From Terriglobia bacterium (lineage in GTDB: Bacteria > Acidobacteriota > Terriglobia > Acidiferrales > UBA7541): a stretch of 64,000 nucleotides of DNA. Shown here one piece after another: positions 39,174 to 50,920 of the stretch; within the stretch, counting starts at the first letter, position 1; the number at the start of each line of letters is the position of its first letter. The stretch is taken from assembly GCA_963695545.1 (NCBI GenBank), contig OY968796.1, positions 3,552,001 through 3,616,000 on the forward strand, written 5' to 3'. The position numbers and the translations under genes are program-made. Under the pieces are notes generated by a model. It had not been told where the DNA came from, made no database searches, and saw only the letters and a program-made list of their open reading frames with translations.

Positions 39174-40370
39174 GCCGCTCGCGCCCTTCCGACGCGCTCG
39201 TTGTTGGAATGATGTCGGGCACCTCGGCCGACGGAATTGATGTCGCGCTCGTGCGCATCGCGGCGCACGGCGGGGAGAATGCCGATTCGGCGAAGGTCGC
39301 AGAGTTCGCGAGCGTGCCGTATCCCGCGCCGCTGCGCGAAACCATCCTGCGCGTCGCCGAAGGCGCGCGCATCACGGCGGGCGAGATCAGCCACCTCAAT
39401 TTTCGCGTCGGCGAGGAATTTGCCCGCGCGGCCCTGGGTGCGCTCAAGCGTTGGCGCATTCGACCGTCGCGCGTCGCGGCGATCGGCTCGCACGGCCAGA
39501 CGATTTTTCACCAGGGATATGGCCGCGGCTCCGTCGCTGCGAATTCCCTCCACGCTTCAGATCGGCGAGCCCGCGGTGATCGCCGCGCGCACCGGCATCA
39601 CAACTGTCGGCGATTTTCGCCCCGCCGACATCGCCGCGGGAGGCCAGGGCGCGCCGCTCGTGCCGTTCGTCGACTATCGTCTATATAGCAACGCGCACAT
39701 GGGCCGCGTCGCGCTCAACATTGGCGGCATCGCCAACCTGACGGTGCTCCCCGCTGGCGGCGCACTGCGCGACGTCTTTGCGTTCGACACCGGACCCGGC
39801 AACATGGTGATCGACGCGCTGGTGCGGCGCGCCACGCATGGCCGACGAAAGTTTGATCGCGATGCGCGGATCGCCGCGCGCGGCCGAATGATTCCCGCGC
39901 TGCTTAATTCCCTGCTCCGCGACGAATATTTCCGCTCGCCGGCGCCGAAAACGACCGGCCGCGAGCGCTACGGCGAGCAATATATGCAACGCCTGCTCGC
40001 GCGGCGCGAAGCGCGCGGCGCGTCGCACGCCGATTTGATCCGCACCGCGACGTTGCTGACCGCGCTTTCGATCGTCGACGCCATGAATCGCTGGGTCTGG
40101 CCGAAAGCGAAGATCGCCGAGATGATCGTCTCCGGCGGCGGCGCGCACAATCCGTTGCTGATGGCGCAACTTGCCGCGGCGCTCGGCGGAATTCGCGTGA
40201 TCGGCTCAGCTGAACTCGGCGTGCCCGAAGACGCCAAAGAAGCTTTCGCATTCGCGCTGCTTGCGTGGGAGACGCTGCATCGCCGCCCATCGAATGTGCC
40301 CGGGGCAACCGGAGCCACGCACCTCGCCATCCTTGGAAAAATCTGCTATGCGCCACACGGAAAACTCTAA
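39170..40370 (+). CDS. anmK: Anhydro-N-acetylmuramic acid kinase (one +1 frameshift near 39520)
   Basis: [44 protein letters not shown]. Confidence 0.93.
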
Positions 40371-41922
40371 GCGCCCGCGCAGGGCTCGCCGGCCCTCGCT
40401 CGCAGCGCTGACTGCATCCGTTGCGTTAGCGCTCGCGCTGTGCGGCTGCTCCGGCGCGCCGCATCCCGCTCCCGGCGACGTTACATTTCTGATTGAGTCC
40501 ATGCCCGCGAATCTCGATCCGCGCATCGGCACCGACTTTGCTTCCGAGCGCATGGACAGCCTGCTCTTCGACAGTTTGGTGCAAAGCGACGGTCAGATGA
40601 ATATCCAGCCAGACCTTGCCGCAAGCTGGGAGCAGCCCGACCCTGCCACCTATGTCTTTCATCTTCGCCACGACGTCCGCTTTCACGATGGCCGCGCACT
40701 GACCTCGGCCGACGTGAAATTCACATTCGATTCGATCACCAGCGGCGCCATCCAAACGCCGAAGCGCGGCGCCTTCTCCGCGGTCCGCGTGATCGAAACC
40801 CCCGATCCGTACACCGTCGTCTTCCGATTGAAATCCGTCTCAACCTCATTCTTGTGGGACATTTCGCGCCCGGCGATCGGAATCGTTCCGCAAAGCGCGG
40901 GCGCAGATTTCGCCCAGCATCCCATCGGCACCGGCCCCTTTCGCTTTGTGAGCGCCGTGCAAGACGACAACGTAGTGTTCGCCAGCAATCCCGATTACTT
41001 CGGTGGCGCGCCGCAAATCAACCAAGTGACCTTTCGCATCGTGCCCGAAGCCATCGTCCGCGCGCTCGAGCTGCGCAAGGGCGCGGCGGACATCGAGATG
41101 AGTTCGCTTTCGCCGGATATGGTTCCCGTGCTCGCGCGACAGCCCGGTATCGCCGTCACCGAAGAACCCGGAACGAATTACAGTTACGTCGCTTTCAATT
41201 TCGATACGCCCGCGCTCGCGCATCGCGAGGTCCGGCAAGCACTCGCGTACGCCACCGACCGCGCATCGATCATCCAATATCTTTTGCGCGGCCAAGCTCG
41301 CCTCGCGGATGGCTTGCTCCCTCCCGGAAATTGGGCCGCCGCTCCTGACCTTAAAAGCTATCCGTACGATCCGCAGCGCGCGGAACAATTGCTCGATGCC
41401 GCCGGATTTCCGCGCCGCGCCGACATGGGCGGCATGCGTCTGCACCTAACGCTCAAAACTTCAACGGAAGAATATTCGCGCCTTCTCGGCGAAGTGCTGC
41501 GCGAGCAATGGCGCAAGGTGGGTGTCGATCTCGAACTGCGCGCGCTCGAATTCGGCACGCTGTATGCGGACATCACGCGCGGCAACTTTGAGATGTATAC
41601 GCTGCGCTGGATCGGCGTGAATAACGATCCGAGCGTTTTTCAATATGCTTTCGAGTCCGACCACATGCCGCCGGCCGGCTTCAATCGAGGCCACTATCGC
41701 AATCCTCAGTTAGACGCGCTGATGACCCAGGCAAACGTCGAGCCCAATATCGGACGGCGCAAAGCGCTCTTCTATCAGATACAACAGGTCGTCGCCGAAG
41801 ACGTGCCCTACATCAGCCTATGGTTCAACGACAACATCTGCGTTCATCGCACGCGCATCACCGGCATCGAGCTTTCGCCCGCAGGCAATTACGATTTTCT
41901 GTGCACGATCCACGCGAATTAA
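40348..41922 (+). CDS. ABC transporter substrate-binding lipoprotein (family 5, peptide/nickel type)
   Basis: Lipobox-like LCGC, PDLAASW, FHDG..LTSADV, PIGTGPF. Confidence 0.9.
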   Translation: MRHTENSKRPRRARRPSLAALTASVALALALCGCSGAPHPAPGDVTFLIESMPANLDPRIGTDFASERMDSLLFDSLVQSDGQMNIQPDLAASWEQPDPATYVFHLRHDVRFHDGRALTSADVKFTFDSITSGAIQTPKRGAFSAVRVIETPDPYTVVFRLKSVSTSFLWDISRPAIGIVPQSAGADFAQHPIGTGPFRFVSAVQDDNVVFASNPDYFGGAPQINQVTFRIVPEAIVRALELRKGAADIEMSSLSPDMVPVLARQPGIAVTEEPGTNYSYVAFNFDTPALAHREVRQALAYATDRASIIQYLLRGQARLADGLLPPGNWAAAPDLKSYPYDPQRAEQLLDAAGFPRRADMGGMRLHLTLKTSTEEYSRLLGEVLREQWRKVGVDLELRALEFGTLYADITRGNFEMYTLRWIGVNNDPSVFQYAFESDHMPPAGFNRGHYRNPQLDALMTQANVEPNIGRRKALFYQIQQVVAEDVPYISLWFNDNICVHRTRITGIELSPAGNYDFLCTIHAN

Positions 41923-41981
41923 AGTCCGGATTTGACTTGCGGAGGGAAACGCGCGCTGCGGCTGCGGCGCGAGCGCGCTGA

Positions 41982-42617
41982 CTACGCCAGCGCTTCGCGA
42001 ATTTCGCTTTCGGGGAATAAACCTTCGCGAATGATGTGCCAACCATCCGCGCTCAAGCCCACGATCGTCGAAGCCAACCCCACGCCGGTTTCTCCGGCAT
42101 CGAGCACCAGGGGCAGTCGATCGCCCAACTGCTGCATCAACTCTTCGCCGCTCGAACACGAAGGCGAGCCCGAAAGATTCGCGCTCGTTCCCGTGATCGG
42201 ACCTTCGACCTGCTCGATCAGCGCGCAGGCCACACGCGAATTCGGCCAGCGCAACGCCACGCGTCCGGTGTGCCCGGTAACCTTCAACGGCAAGCGGTGC
42301 GAGGCTTCCACAACCAGCGTCATCGCCCCTGGCCAGAATTTTTCGGCGAGCGTTAGAAAATTCGGCGGCAGATCGCGCGCCAATTCCGCCGCCTGCTTCA
42401 GCGAATTCACCAAAATGGGCAGAGCGCGATTCTCCGGGCGCCCCTTCACACGATAAATTTGCTCGACCGCCGCAAGGTTGAACGGATCCGTCGCCAGACC
42501 ATAAAACGTGTCGGTGGGAATGCCTACGACCTGTCCCTGGTGAATGAGTTCAGCGGCGTAGCGAATCGCATTCGGATCAGGCGAATCGCATGAAACTTTC
42601 AGCTGCTCTGCCCGCAA
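41982..42617 (-). CDS. tsaC: L-threonylcarbamoyladenylate synthase (Sua5/TsaC)
   Basis: PTDTFYGL, KGRP, FWPG, TSANLSG. Confidence 0.92.
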   Translation of the reverse strand: MRAEQLKVSCDSPDPNAIRYAAELIHQGQVVGIPTDTFYGLATDPFNLAAVEQIYRVKGRPENRALPILVNSLKQAAELARDLPPNFLTLAEKFWPGAMTLVVEASHRLPLKVTGHTGRVALRWPNSRVACALIEQVEGPITGTSANLSGSPSCSSGEELMQQLGDRLPLVLDAGETGVGLASTIVGLSADGWHIIREGLFPESEIREALA

Positions 42618-42830
42618 AGTGATCTCGCCCCTAGGCCTCGGCGCCTTCCCTGCCGCGTGGCAAGGGCGCCGTCGAAAGACGGCCCGAAAAGGCCTTTTGT
42701 TTTCAGCAAAATACCACAGTGGTAGGCCACGCGCAAGACTTTGCGCGCGTTATCGCTTCCATAGGGCACTTCCGGACGCGTTTTCGTTGCGACCGCGATC
42801 GTCGTTCCACGCCGGGACGGGCGGCGTTCT

Positions 42831-43775
42831 TTGACCATGGCCAAGCGGTTTGCTAGTCTCGACGCCATGAGGCCGGCACACCGCACAAGCCCTCTGCGCG
42901 CGGGCGCGGCCGGAAGCGCCTCGCCGGAAACCATCTCCAGCCGCGAGAATCGCTGGCTGAAGCGATTTCGCGCCGCGCTCCATAGCGCCGAATCCGGGGC
43001 CGATACTTCGATCGGCGTCGAAGGACCTCACTTAGTGGAAGCAGCCCTCGGCTCGAGCGCGAGCGTAGAAGCCGTGCTGATCTCAACCTCCGGTGAGCGT
43101 CACTTGGCGCGCCTTGAATCCCAGATTCCTCCCGACGCCGCGATCTTGCGCACGACCGATCGACTCTTCGCCGGTGTCGCCGCAACCGAAGCGCCGCAAG
43201 GCATCGCCGCGCTCGTGCGCCCGCGCCCAGCGAGCTTCGACGAAATCACGCTCGGATGCCCGCTGCTCGTAGTGCTCGCGGGCGTGCAGGATCCCGGCAA
43301 CGTCGGCGCGATCCTGCGCAGTGCCGAGGCTATGGGCGCAACTGCCGCAGCAACGTGCGCCGTTGCGGGCGTCGGCACTTCAAATCCGCTCGCGCCGAAA
43401 GCATTGCGCGCGTCGGCCGGCTCTGCGCTGCGGCTTCCGCTTCTTCGCGCGGCGGCTGCAGCGACGCTTCTGCTCCAGTTGCGCGTCGCCGGCATCAAAA
43501 GCTACGCGGCCTGTCCCGCCGCGATCAACCATCTCGCTGAAGAGGGAGTCTCGCCCGCCTTGCGCCCGTGGGAAGCCGATTGGAAAATCCCCGTCGCATT
43601 GTGGATTGGCAACGAAGGCGCAGGCCTGCCGCGCGAAATCGCGCGCTCGGCCGACGCGCGCGTCACGATTCCTCACGCCGCAGGCGAATCCGGCGCGGTT
43701 GAATCGCTCAACGCCGCAGCCGCCGCGACTATCCTTCTTTATGAAGCGGCCAAGCAACGAGGCACCTTAACCTAG
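42831..43775 (+). CDS. TrmH-family (SpoU) RNA methyltransferase
   Basis: [25 protein letters not shown]. Start uncertain. Confidence 0.9.
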   Translation: MTMAKRFASLDAMRPAHRTSPLRAGAAGSASPETISSRENRWLKRFRAALHSAESGADTSIGVEGPHLVEAALGSSASVEAVLISTSGERHLARLESQIPPDAAILRTTDRLFAGVAATEAPQGIAALVRPRPASFDEITLGCPLLVVLAGVQDPGNVGAILRSAEAMGATAAATCAVAGVGTSNPLAPKALRASAGSALRLPLLRAAAAATLLLQLRVAGIKSYAACPAAINHLAEEGVSPALRPWEADWKIPVALWIGNEGAGLPREIARSADARVTIPHAAGESGAVESLNAAAAATILLYEAAKQRGTLT

Positions 43776-43812
43776 AGCGAAAACGCCAGCGAGCGGCGCG
43801 CATCCAACAACC

Positions 43813-45159
43813 ATGAGCTTATTTGCCCAGCCCGGCCCGCAAGAAGACGAATCGCTCGCCGATCGCCCGCTCGCCGAGCGCATGCGCCCGCGCACGCTCG
43901 AGGAATTCGTCGGCCAGGACGCGCTGCTCGGCCCCGGCAAGCCGCTGCGCACGCAGATCGAACGCGACGAAATCGGCTCGATGATCCTTTGGGGCCCGCC
44001 CGGCTGCGGCAAAACCACGCTCGCTCGATTGATCGCGCGCCTCACGCGCTCGGAGTTTATCGCATTCAGCGCCGTGCTTTCCGGCATCAACGAAATCAAA
44101 CGCGTGATGGCCGAAGCCGAGCGCGCCTTCCGCGTGGGCCGTCGTACCATCGTCTTCATCGACGAAGTGCATCGCTTCAACAAGGCCCAGCAGGACGCTT
44201 TTCTGCCCTACGTCGAATCCGGCAGCATCGTACTGATCGGCGCGACCACCGAAAATCCGTCGTTCGAGGTAATCGCGCCGCTACTTTCGCGCACGAAAGT
44301 CTATGTGCTCGCCGCTCTCACCACGCCAGAAATCGTCGCGCTTCTCCGCCGCGCGCTTTCCGACGCCGAACGCGGCCTCGGCCGCGAGCGCGCCGAAGCC
44401 TCCGACGAAGTCCTCGAGCGCATCGCCACATTTTCCGGCGGTGACGCCCGCGCCGCATACAACACCCTCGAAGCCGCCGTTCGCGCCGCCGCGCCCGACG
44501 CCTCCGGTAAAAAAATGCTCACCGACGAGTTGCTCGCCGATATCCTGCAGCGAAAAGTTCTGCTCTACGACAAAGCCGGCGAAGAGCACTACAACATCAT
44601 CTCCGCGCTGCACAAATCCGTGCGCAATTCCGACGCCGACGCCGCGCTCTACTGGCTCGCGCGTATGCTCGAAGCCGGCGAAGATCCGTTGTACATCGCG
44701 CGCCGCATGGTGCGCATGGCCAGCGAAGATATCGGTCTCGCCGAACCCGGCGCGCTCGCCGTCACCATCGCCGCGATGCAGGCCGTCGATTTCCTCGGCA
44801 TGCCCGAAGGAAATCTGGCGCTCGCGCAAGCCGCCGTCTATCTTTCGCTCGCGCCGAAATCGAACGCTTTGTACACCGGCTATGGCGCCGCGGCCGCGGA
44901 CATCGCCGAAACCCGCGCTGAACCCGTGCCCCTGCACTTGCGCAACGCCGTGACCGGCCTGATGAAAAACATCGGCTATGGCAACGACTACAAATATGCC
45001 CACGAATTCGACAACGCCGTAACCGACATGACCTGCCTGCCCGAAAGTTTGTCCGGCCGCCGCTACTTTCAGCCCACCGATCGCGGATTCGAGCAGCGCC
45101 TCAGGCAACGCATGGAGGAGATTCGCCGCATCCAAGCAACCAGAAAGGCCGCTCCGTAA
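43813..45159 (+). CDS. rarA: Replication-associated recombination protein A
   Basis: [42 protein letters not shown]. Confidence 0.95.
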   Translation: MSLFAQPGPQEDESLADRPLAERMRPRTLEEFVGQDALLGPGKPLRTQIERDEIGSMILWGPPGCGKTTLARLIARLTRSEFIAFSAVLSGINEIKRVMAEAERAFRVGRRTIVFIDEVHRFNKAQQDAFLPYVESGSIVLIGATTENPSFEVIAPLLSRTKVYVLAALTTPEIVALLRRALSDAERGLGRERAEASDEVLERIATFSGGDARAAYNTLEAAVRAAAPDASGKKMLTDELLADILQRKVLLYDKAGEEHYNIISALHKSVRNSDADAALYWLARMLEAGEDPLYIARRMVRMASEDIGLAEPGALAVTIAAMQAVDFLGMPEGNLALAQAAVYLSLAPKSNALYTGYGAAAADIAETRAEPVPLHLRNAVTGLMKNIGYGNDYKYAHEFDNAVTDMTCLPESLSGRRYFQPTDRGFEQRLRQRMEEIRRIQATRKAAP

Positions 45160-46341
45160 TTGACTGTGCCCGTGAATGCCACATCTCGAATCGCCCGCTC
45201 GATCGCGCCGCCGCGCCGCCGCGCGAAACGCATAATGTCAGCGGTCGCGGCGTTAGCGTTCGCCGCCGCACTTCCCGCGCCGCCCTCCGCGCGCGCGCAA
45301 GACAAGCCCACCATGCACGTCGAAGACAACGTCGCAGTATTCGCCTACGGCCCTGACGGCCGCATCGCGTATTCCGTCGAGCACGACTTCCGCGTAAAAA
45401 AAGCGCACTACCGGCACGACGACGTCTGGATCGTCACGCCGCAGGGATCGAAGCGCCATCTCATCGATGGCGAGAAATTCGTGCAAGGCACAACTCCGTT
45501 CAATTACAAAGTTGACGCGCTCTCCTGGTCCGCCGACGGAAAGCAACTCGCGATTCAGCTGACCACCGACAAAATGAGCGACGCCAAGGGCAACGCCATC
45601 CCGCCCATCGAAACGCTGCTCATGGACGATTCCGGCCGCGAGATCACCGTCTCCGGCGGCGACAGTCTCGTGCCCACCGCCACCGACGCGCAGTGGCTCT
45701 TCAACAACACCACCGTCGCGTATCTCGCCGATCCCGCGCCGCCCGCGGTGGTCCGCTCAATCACTGAACTCGTTCCCGCCACCGGCAAAACCACCACGCC
45801 GTATCCCGATCGCGGATTTGCCGCCGTGAATTGGAACGCGCAATCCGGCGGCGCCGTCGCGATCTCCACAACTTCCGCGCGTCACGCTTCCGCGCATTTG
45901 GTCGCCGTCGATCTCCCCCATAATTCGATTCGCGAACTCGCACCCATCGATGGCTACGTTGGCGGCCTCACGGTTTCTCCGTCGCGCCACCTCGCCGCTT
46001 ACTTCATCGATCCCGAAGTGCTCGAAGTCCGCGACATCCGCGATCCGCGCCGCGTCGGCCGCGCTCACATTGCGTTCGGAAAATATTGTTGGTCCGCCGA
46101 CGAGACGCGCATCCTGCTCAAGCGCGGCGACGAACAGCATCCGGCCGATCTCGTCTGGGTCACGCTTCCACCGCTCGCCGTTACGCCGCCGGGCCAGGAT
46201 CCGCCGATGACCGAACCCGATCCGCGTCCTATTTTTCACGATCTCGAATTTCCCAATTTCGCGATTTCGCCCGACGGCAATTCGATCGCCGTCGTCCAGT
46301 TTGGCCGTGGCTGGCTACTCGTTTATCCACTTCCTGAATAG
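45160..46341 (+). CDS. Exported beta-propeller-like hypothetical protein
   Basis: Signal-like N-terminus; repeated WSADG / SPDG / YGPDG motifs. Confidence 0.65.
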   Translation: MTVPVNATSRIARSIAPPRRRAKRIMSAVAALAFAAALPAPPSARAQDKPTMHVEDNVAVFAYGPDGRIAYSVEHDFRVKKAHYRHDDVWIVTPQGSKRHLIDGEKFVQGTTPFNYKVDALSWSADGKQLAIQLTTDKMSDAKGNAIPPIETLLMDDSGREITVSGGDSLVPTATDAQWLFNNTTVAYLADPAPPAVVRSITELVPATGKTTTPYPDRGFAAVNWNAQSGGAVAISTTSARHASAHLVAVDLPHNSIRELAPIDGYVGGLTVSPSRHLAAYFIDPEVLEVRDIRDPRRVGRAHIAFGKYCWSADETRILLKRGDEQHPADLVWVTLPPLAVTPPGQDPPMTEPDPRPIFHDLEFPNFAISPDGNSIAVVQFGRGWLLVYPLPE

Positions 46342-46403
46342 AGCGGCCTTCGTGGCAAGCGTGCGTGGGTGTGCGTGCAAATCGCGGAGGGAAAAACGCG
46401 CAG

Positions 46404-48195
46404 CTATTTCTTGCGCTTGGCGGGTGCAGCCGGCCGCTTCGCGGCGCCAGGCTTCGGTCGCAGCGCGCCGAGAAACTTCTCCAGCGGCAGCGTGTTGATG
46501 ACGTCGCGCTTCTCGAGCCATCCGCGCCGCGCCATCCCCACTCCATAACGCATCGCGCCCAAGCCGCGCGTCGAATGCGCGTCGGTTGAAATCACCACGC
46601 GCACGCCGCGATCTTTCGCCATGCGCAAGTAAACATCCTTCAGATCCAAGCGCTCCGGCGCGGCGTTGCATTCCACCGCTACGCCGTGGCGCTTCGCCGC
46701 TTCCAGAATTTTCTCGAAATCGTATTCAAACGAATCGCGACGCAGCAGCAACCGCCCCGTCGGATGCGCGATAATCTGCGTATACGGATTTTCGATTGCC
46801 GCCAGCAGCCGGTCCGTCATCGCCGCGCGATCGATATTCATGTACGAATGCACCGACGCCACAACCACGTCGAGCTGCGCCAGAACTTCGTCCTCTAGAT
46901 CCAGCGTCCCGTCCTTGCGAATATCCACTTCGATTCCCGCCAGTAATCGTATGCCGTCCACGCGCGCGTCGGCAGCGCGGATCTTTTTGATTTGCTCCAG
47001 CGTGCGCCGCTCGTCCATTCCGTTTGCCACCGTCACGGCCTGGCTGTGATCCGTCAGCGCGATATATTCGTAGCCCAACGCCCGCGCCGCGGCGCCCATC
47101 TCTTCGATCGAGTTTGTGCCGTCGCTCGCCGTCGTGTGCATTTGCAAATCGCCGAGCATGTCGCCGAGCTCGACGAGCTTCGGAAGGCGATGTTCAGCCG
47201 CGGCGTCGATTTCCCCGGTGTTCTCGCGCAGCTCAGGTGGAATCCAATCGAGCTTCAGCTTCCCGTAAACCTCTTCCTCCGTCGCGCCCGCGACGCGACG
47301 CTCGCCTTCGAGCGTGGCCAGCGCGTATTCATTCAGCGTGTAGCCCATTTTGTTCGCGCGGCCGCGCAGCGTGACGTTGTGCTCCTTCGATCCCGTGAAG
47401 TAAATCATCGCCGCGCCGAAATTATTCTTCTCCAGTAGCCGCACGTCTACTTGCATTCCGCTCGTCAATCGCACGCTCACTTTATTTTCGCCGCGCGCCA
47501 GGGTCTCCTCGATTTCTGGATACTTCAGAATATGATCCGCGACCGCGTCGATTTCTTTCCGCGAATACTTCCCTTTCGCGAATGTCACCAGAAGATCGAG
47601 ATCGCCCACCGTCTCGCGCGCGCGCCGCAACGATCCCGCCGCCGTCACCGACTCCACGTTCGCCCCGAGCTTCCCGATATATTCGATCAGTTTCGCGGCC
47701 GCCGCATCCGCCTGGTTAATCAGCAATCGCCCCGCGGCGCGCTTAAACACTTCCACTGCCTTCAGAATGTTCTGTTCGCTTTTTTCGCCGAATCCCGCCA
47801 GATCGCGCAACTTTCCCGACCGCGCCACTTGCTCCACCTGCTCAACCGTCCCCGCCTTGAAAGTTTTCCAGAGCAACGCGACTTTCTTCGGGCCCAGCGA
47901 TTGAAGCGTTAGCAAATCCACAATTGTCGCCGGATATTTCTTCAGCAGCTTCTTGCGCAGCGCGTAGTCGCCGCTCTTCAGGATTTCCTGAATGTGCTCG
48001 GCCATGCGCTCGCCGATTCCCGGCAATTCCTCAAGCCGCTTGGGATCGGCGGCCATCTCCGCGATCGATTCCGGCAGCGAATCCAATAAGCTCCGCCGCG
48101 CGCTCGTAGCTGCGGTACCGCCCGATGATCGCGCCATCGATCTCAAGCAGGCTGGCGGTCTCGCGCAGGACGCGGGCGACGTCTCGATTTTCCAT
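46404..48195 (-). CDS. polX: DNA polymerase X with PHP domain (one +1 frameshift near 48085)
   Basis: MENRDVA N-terminus in another frame; LPGIG, AGSLRR, GDLDLL, FTGSKEHN, HTTASDG, TDAH. Confidence 0.92.
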
Positions 48196-48205
48196 AGGAG
48201 TGGGA

Positions 48206-49179
48206 TTACTGGCCCAGAATGTGGGCAAACATCAAAGGCGCGACGATCGAGGCATCCGATTCGATCACGAAGCGCGGCGTATCGATTTCAAGCTTGCCCC
48301 AGGTGATTTTCTCGTTCGGCACGGCGCCGCTATAGGAGCCGTAGGAAGTTGTGCTATCCGAAATCTGGCAGAAATAGCCCCATTTCCGCACGGCTTGTCG
48401 CAGGTCCTGCTCGATCAGCGGCACAACGCAAATCGGAAAATCCCCCGCGATGCCGCCGCCGATTTGGAAAAAGCCCACGGAACTTTTCTCCGTGGTTGCC
48501 TTGTACCAATCGATCAGCGCCGCCATCTGCTCGACGCCCGATTTCACCACCTGAAACTCGAAAGCTCGCCGCGAATCACGTTGGCCACAAAAATATTTCC
48601 GAGCGTCGAATCCTCCCACCCAGGCGTAAAAATCGGCAGGTTCCGTTCGCACGCAGCGATCAGCCATGAATCTTTCGGATCGATCTGAAAATATTCTTTG
48701 ATCATGCAGCTGCGAATCAATTCGTACATGTACTCGTACGGGAAATGGCGCTTCCCTTCTTTGTCCGCGCGCTGCCAGAGTTTCAGCACCTGCCGTTCAA
48801 TCCGCCGCATGGCTTCTTCTTCCGGAATGCACGTATCGGTCACGCGGTTCATTCCGTGTTCGCGCAGCGCCACTTCTTCGGCGTCGCTCAAGTTCCGATA
48901 GTTCGGCACGCGTTTGTAGTAATCGTGCGCCACCAGATTGAAAATGTCTTCTTCAAGATTCGCGCCCGTCGTGCAAATCGCGTGGATTTTTTCCTGGCGG
49001 ATCATTTCGGCAAGCGAGAGGCCCAGCTCGGCCGTGCTCATCGCGCCGGCCATGGCCAAAAACATTTTGCCGCCGGCTGCCAGATGCGCCGTGTAAGCGT
49101 GCGCGGCATCGCGCACCACGGCGGCGTTGAAATGCCGGTAATGGTGATCGACGAATTGACGGATGCTCATGCGCTCCAT
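48206..49179 (-). CDS. Deoxyhypusine synthase-family protein (one -1 frameshift near 48555)
   Basis: HFNAA, TGANLEED, PGWEDSTLGN, IGGGIAGDF, SYSGAVPNEKITWGK, spread over two frames. Confidence 0.9.
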
Positions 49180-49304
49180 GTTCGCACCGAAAGGTTGTCA
49201 CCGGTGCACATGCAACGCATCGTATTCCAGCCGCCCGCGCGTTTCAAGAAGAACGCGCAAGAAAATTCTGGGCCGCGCGCCCGACGCCGAGCGAATCACG
49301 GCGC

Positions 49305-49859
49305 TCAGCGCGATCCGCGCGACTTCGCCACGAAACGCAAATAGTAAAGCACGCCCACAATCGTCTTCGCATCGCGCACCACGCCGCGCCGAATCATTTC
49401 CAGCACCTGCTTCTGAGAAAATCGCCGCGCCTCGATGTGCTCGTCCTCTTCCGGTTGCGCCGGTCCGGCCTTCAATCCTTCAGCCGCGAAGATCGACATC
49501 GTCTCGGTCAAAAATCCGGGCGTCGGAATCACGTTGAGCAACAACCGAATTCGCCGCGTCGTGTAGCCGGTCTCTTCGAGCAATTCGCGCCGCGCGCCGG
49601 TCAAGGGCGATTCAGTGAGTTTCCTGCTTCCCGCCACCAGCTCCCAAAGAGATTCCCCCGCGGCATAGCGAAATTGCCGCACCAGAACCATATCGCCGTT
49701 CGGAAAGACCGGCATCACCACGACAGAACCTGGGTGCGTCACGATGTCGCGCGTCGCGCGCAATCCGTCCGGCTCGATAATTTCGTCCCGCCGCACGTTG
49801 AACACGGTTCCCTTGAACACCGTCTTGCTGCGAACCAGCCTCGCGCGCTTCTGCGCCAT
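49305..49859 (-). CDS. NUDIX hydrolase (ADP-ribose pyrophosphatase-like)
   Basis: HPGSV, QFRYA, ARRELLEETG, DAKT. Confidence 0.9.
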   Translation of the reverse strand: MAQKRARLVRSKTVFKGTVFNVRRDEIIEPDGLRATRDIVTHPGSVVVMPVFPNGDMVLVRQFRYAAGESLWELVAGSRKLTESPLTGARRELLEETGYTTRRIRLLLNVIPTPGFLTETMSIFAAEGLKAGPAQPEEDEHIEARRFSQKQVLEMIRRGVVRDAKTIVGVLYYLRFVAKSRGSR

Positions 49860-50011
49860 CCAATCCTCCGCAAATATAGATTGCGTGTTTCATCATATCA
49901 GGAGAGCGCGCTCGCGCGACGCAGCGACACAGCGACCCTGGCGCGCCGCATCGCCTTGCCGCTTCGCTCGCCGTTTGCATATACTGGCCGAGGTCTCGTG
50001 TTTCGCTCGCC

Positions 50012-50785
50012 ATGCCCATCAGCACACTCATCGTCGACGACGAAAAGCCGGCTCGCGACGAGCTCGCGTTCCTCCTGAAAAGTTTCCCCGAACTCCGATT
50101 GATTGGCCAAGGCAAGAATGGCACCGAAGCCGTGGCCATGATTCAGGAACACGCGCCCGATCTTGTTTTTCTCGATGTGCAGATGCCCGGCCTCGACGGC
50201 TTCGGCGTGATCAAGAAATTGATCGACCGCAAATCGAAACTCCCGCATTTCGTTTTCGCCACCGCCTACGATAATTACGCCGTGCAGGCGTTTGAAGTGA
50301 ACGCCGCCGATTATATTTTGAAGCCCTTCGACAAAGCCCGCCTCGCGAAAGCCGTCGCGCGCGTCAAGAAAGCTCTCGATGCCGACGCCTCCCCCGCCGC
50401 GCAACTCGAGCTCCTCGTAAGCCAAATCGGCGCGGGCCGCACCACGCAGCGAGCCAAGCTGATCGTAAAAACGCAGCAGCGCCTTCTGCTCGTCGACGCC
50501 GAAGACGTGATCTACGCTTCGATCGCCGACGGCCTGATCACCATCGTCACCAAAGAAATCGAGGGCAGCTCGAACTGCCGCACCATCGAGGAGCTGCAAA
50601 CTTCGCTTGATTCCGAGCGCTTCTGGCGGCCGCACCGCTCGTACCTGGTGAACATCAATCACATCAAGGAAGTCGTTCCCTGGTTCAAATCCAGCTATAT
50701 GCTAAAAATGGCCGATCGCCGCAGCTCCGAAATTCCCGTCAGCCGCGCGCAGACCAAGCGCCTGCGCGATTTGGTTCGCATGTAG
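50012..50785 (+). CDS. LytTR-family response regulator
   Basis: VDDE, FLDVQMP, FATAYD, DYILKP, HRSYLVN, PVSR. Confidence 0.93.
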   Translation: MPISTLIVDDEKPARDELAFLLKSFPELRLIGQGKNGTEAVAMIQEHAPDLVFLDVQMPGLDGFGVIKKLIDRKSKLPHFVFATAYDNYAVQAFEVNAADYILKPFDKARLAKAVARVKKALDADASPAAQLELLVSQIGAGRTTQRAKLIVKTQQRLLLVDAEDVIYASIADGLITIVTKEIEGSSNCRTIEELQTSLDSERFWRPHRSYLVNINHIKEVVPWFKSSYMLKMADRRSSEIPVSRAQTKRLRDLVRM

Positions 50786-50920
50786 CACATCCGTTTTCTT
50801 CCTGACGCAACGCCCACTTCGAGGATACAATGGCGTTGCTCATGCCTCGCTCGCTCACGTTCTATCCGCTAACGCCGCGCCCAGCGAATATCGCGCTGCC
50901 ACACCCCGGAGATCGCTCGT

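Noticed and set aside
50012..50785. LytTR regulator without an adjacent kinase as a novel system
   Set aside because: Orphan response regulators are common, and nothing else supports novelty.
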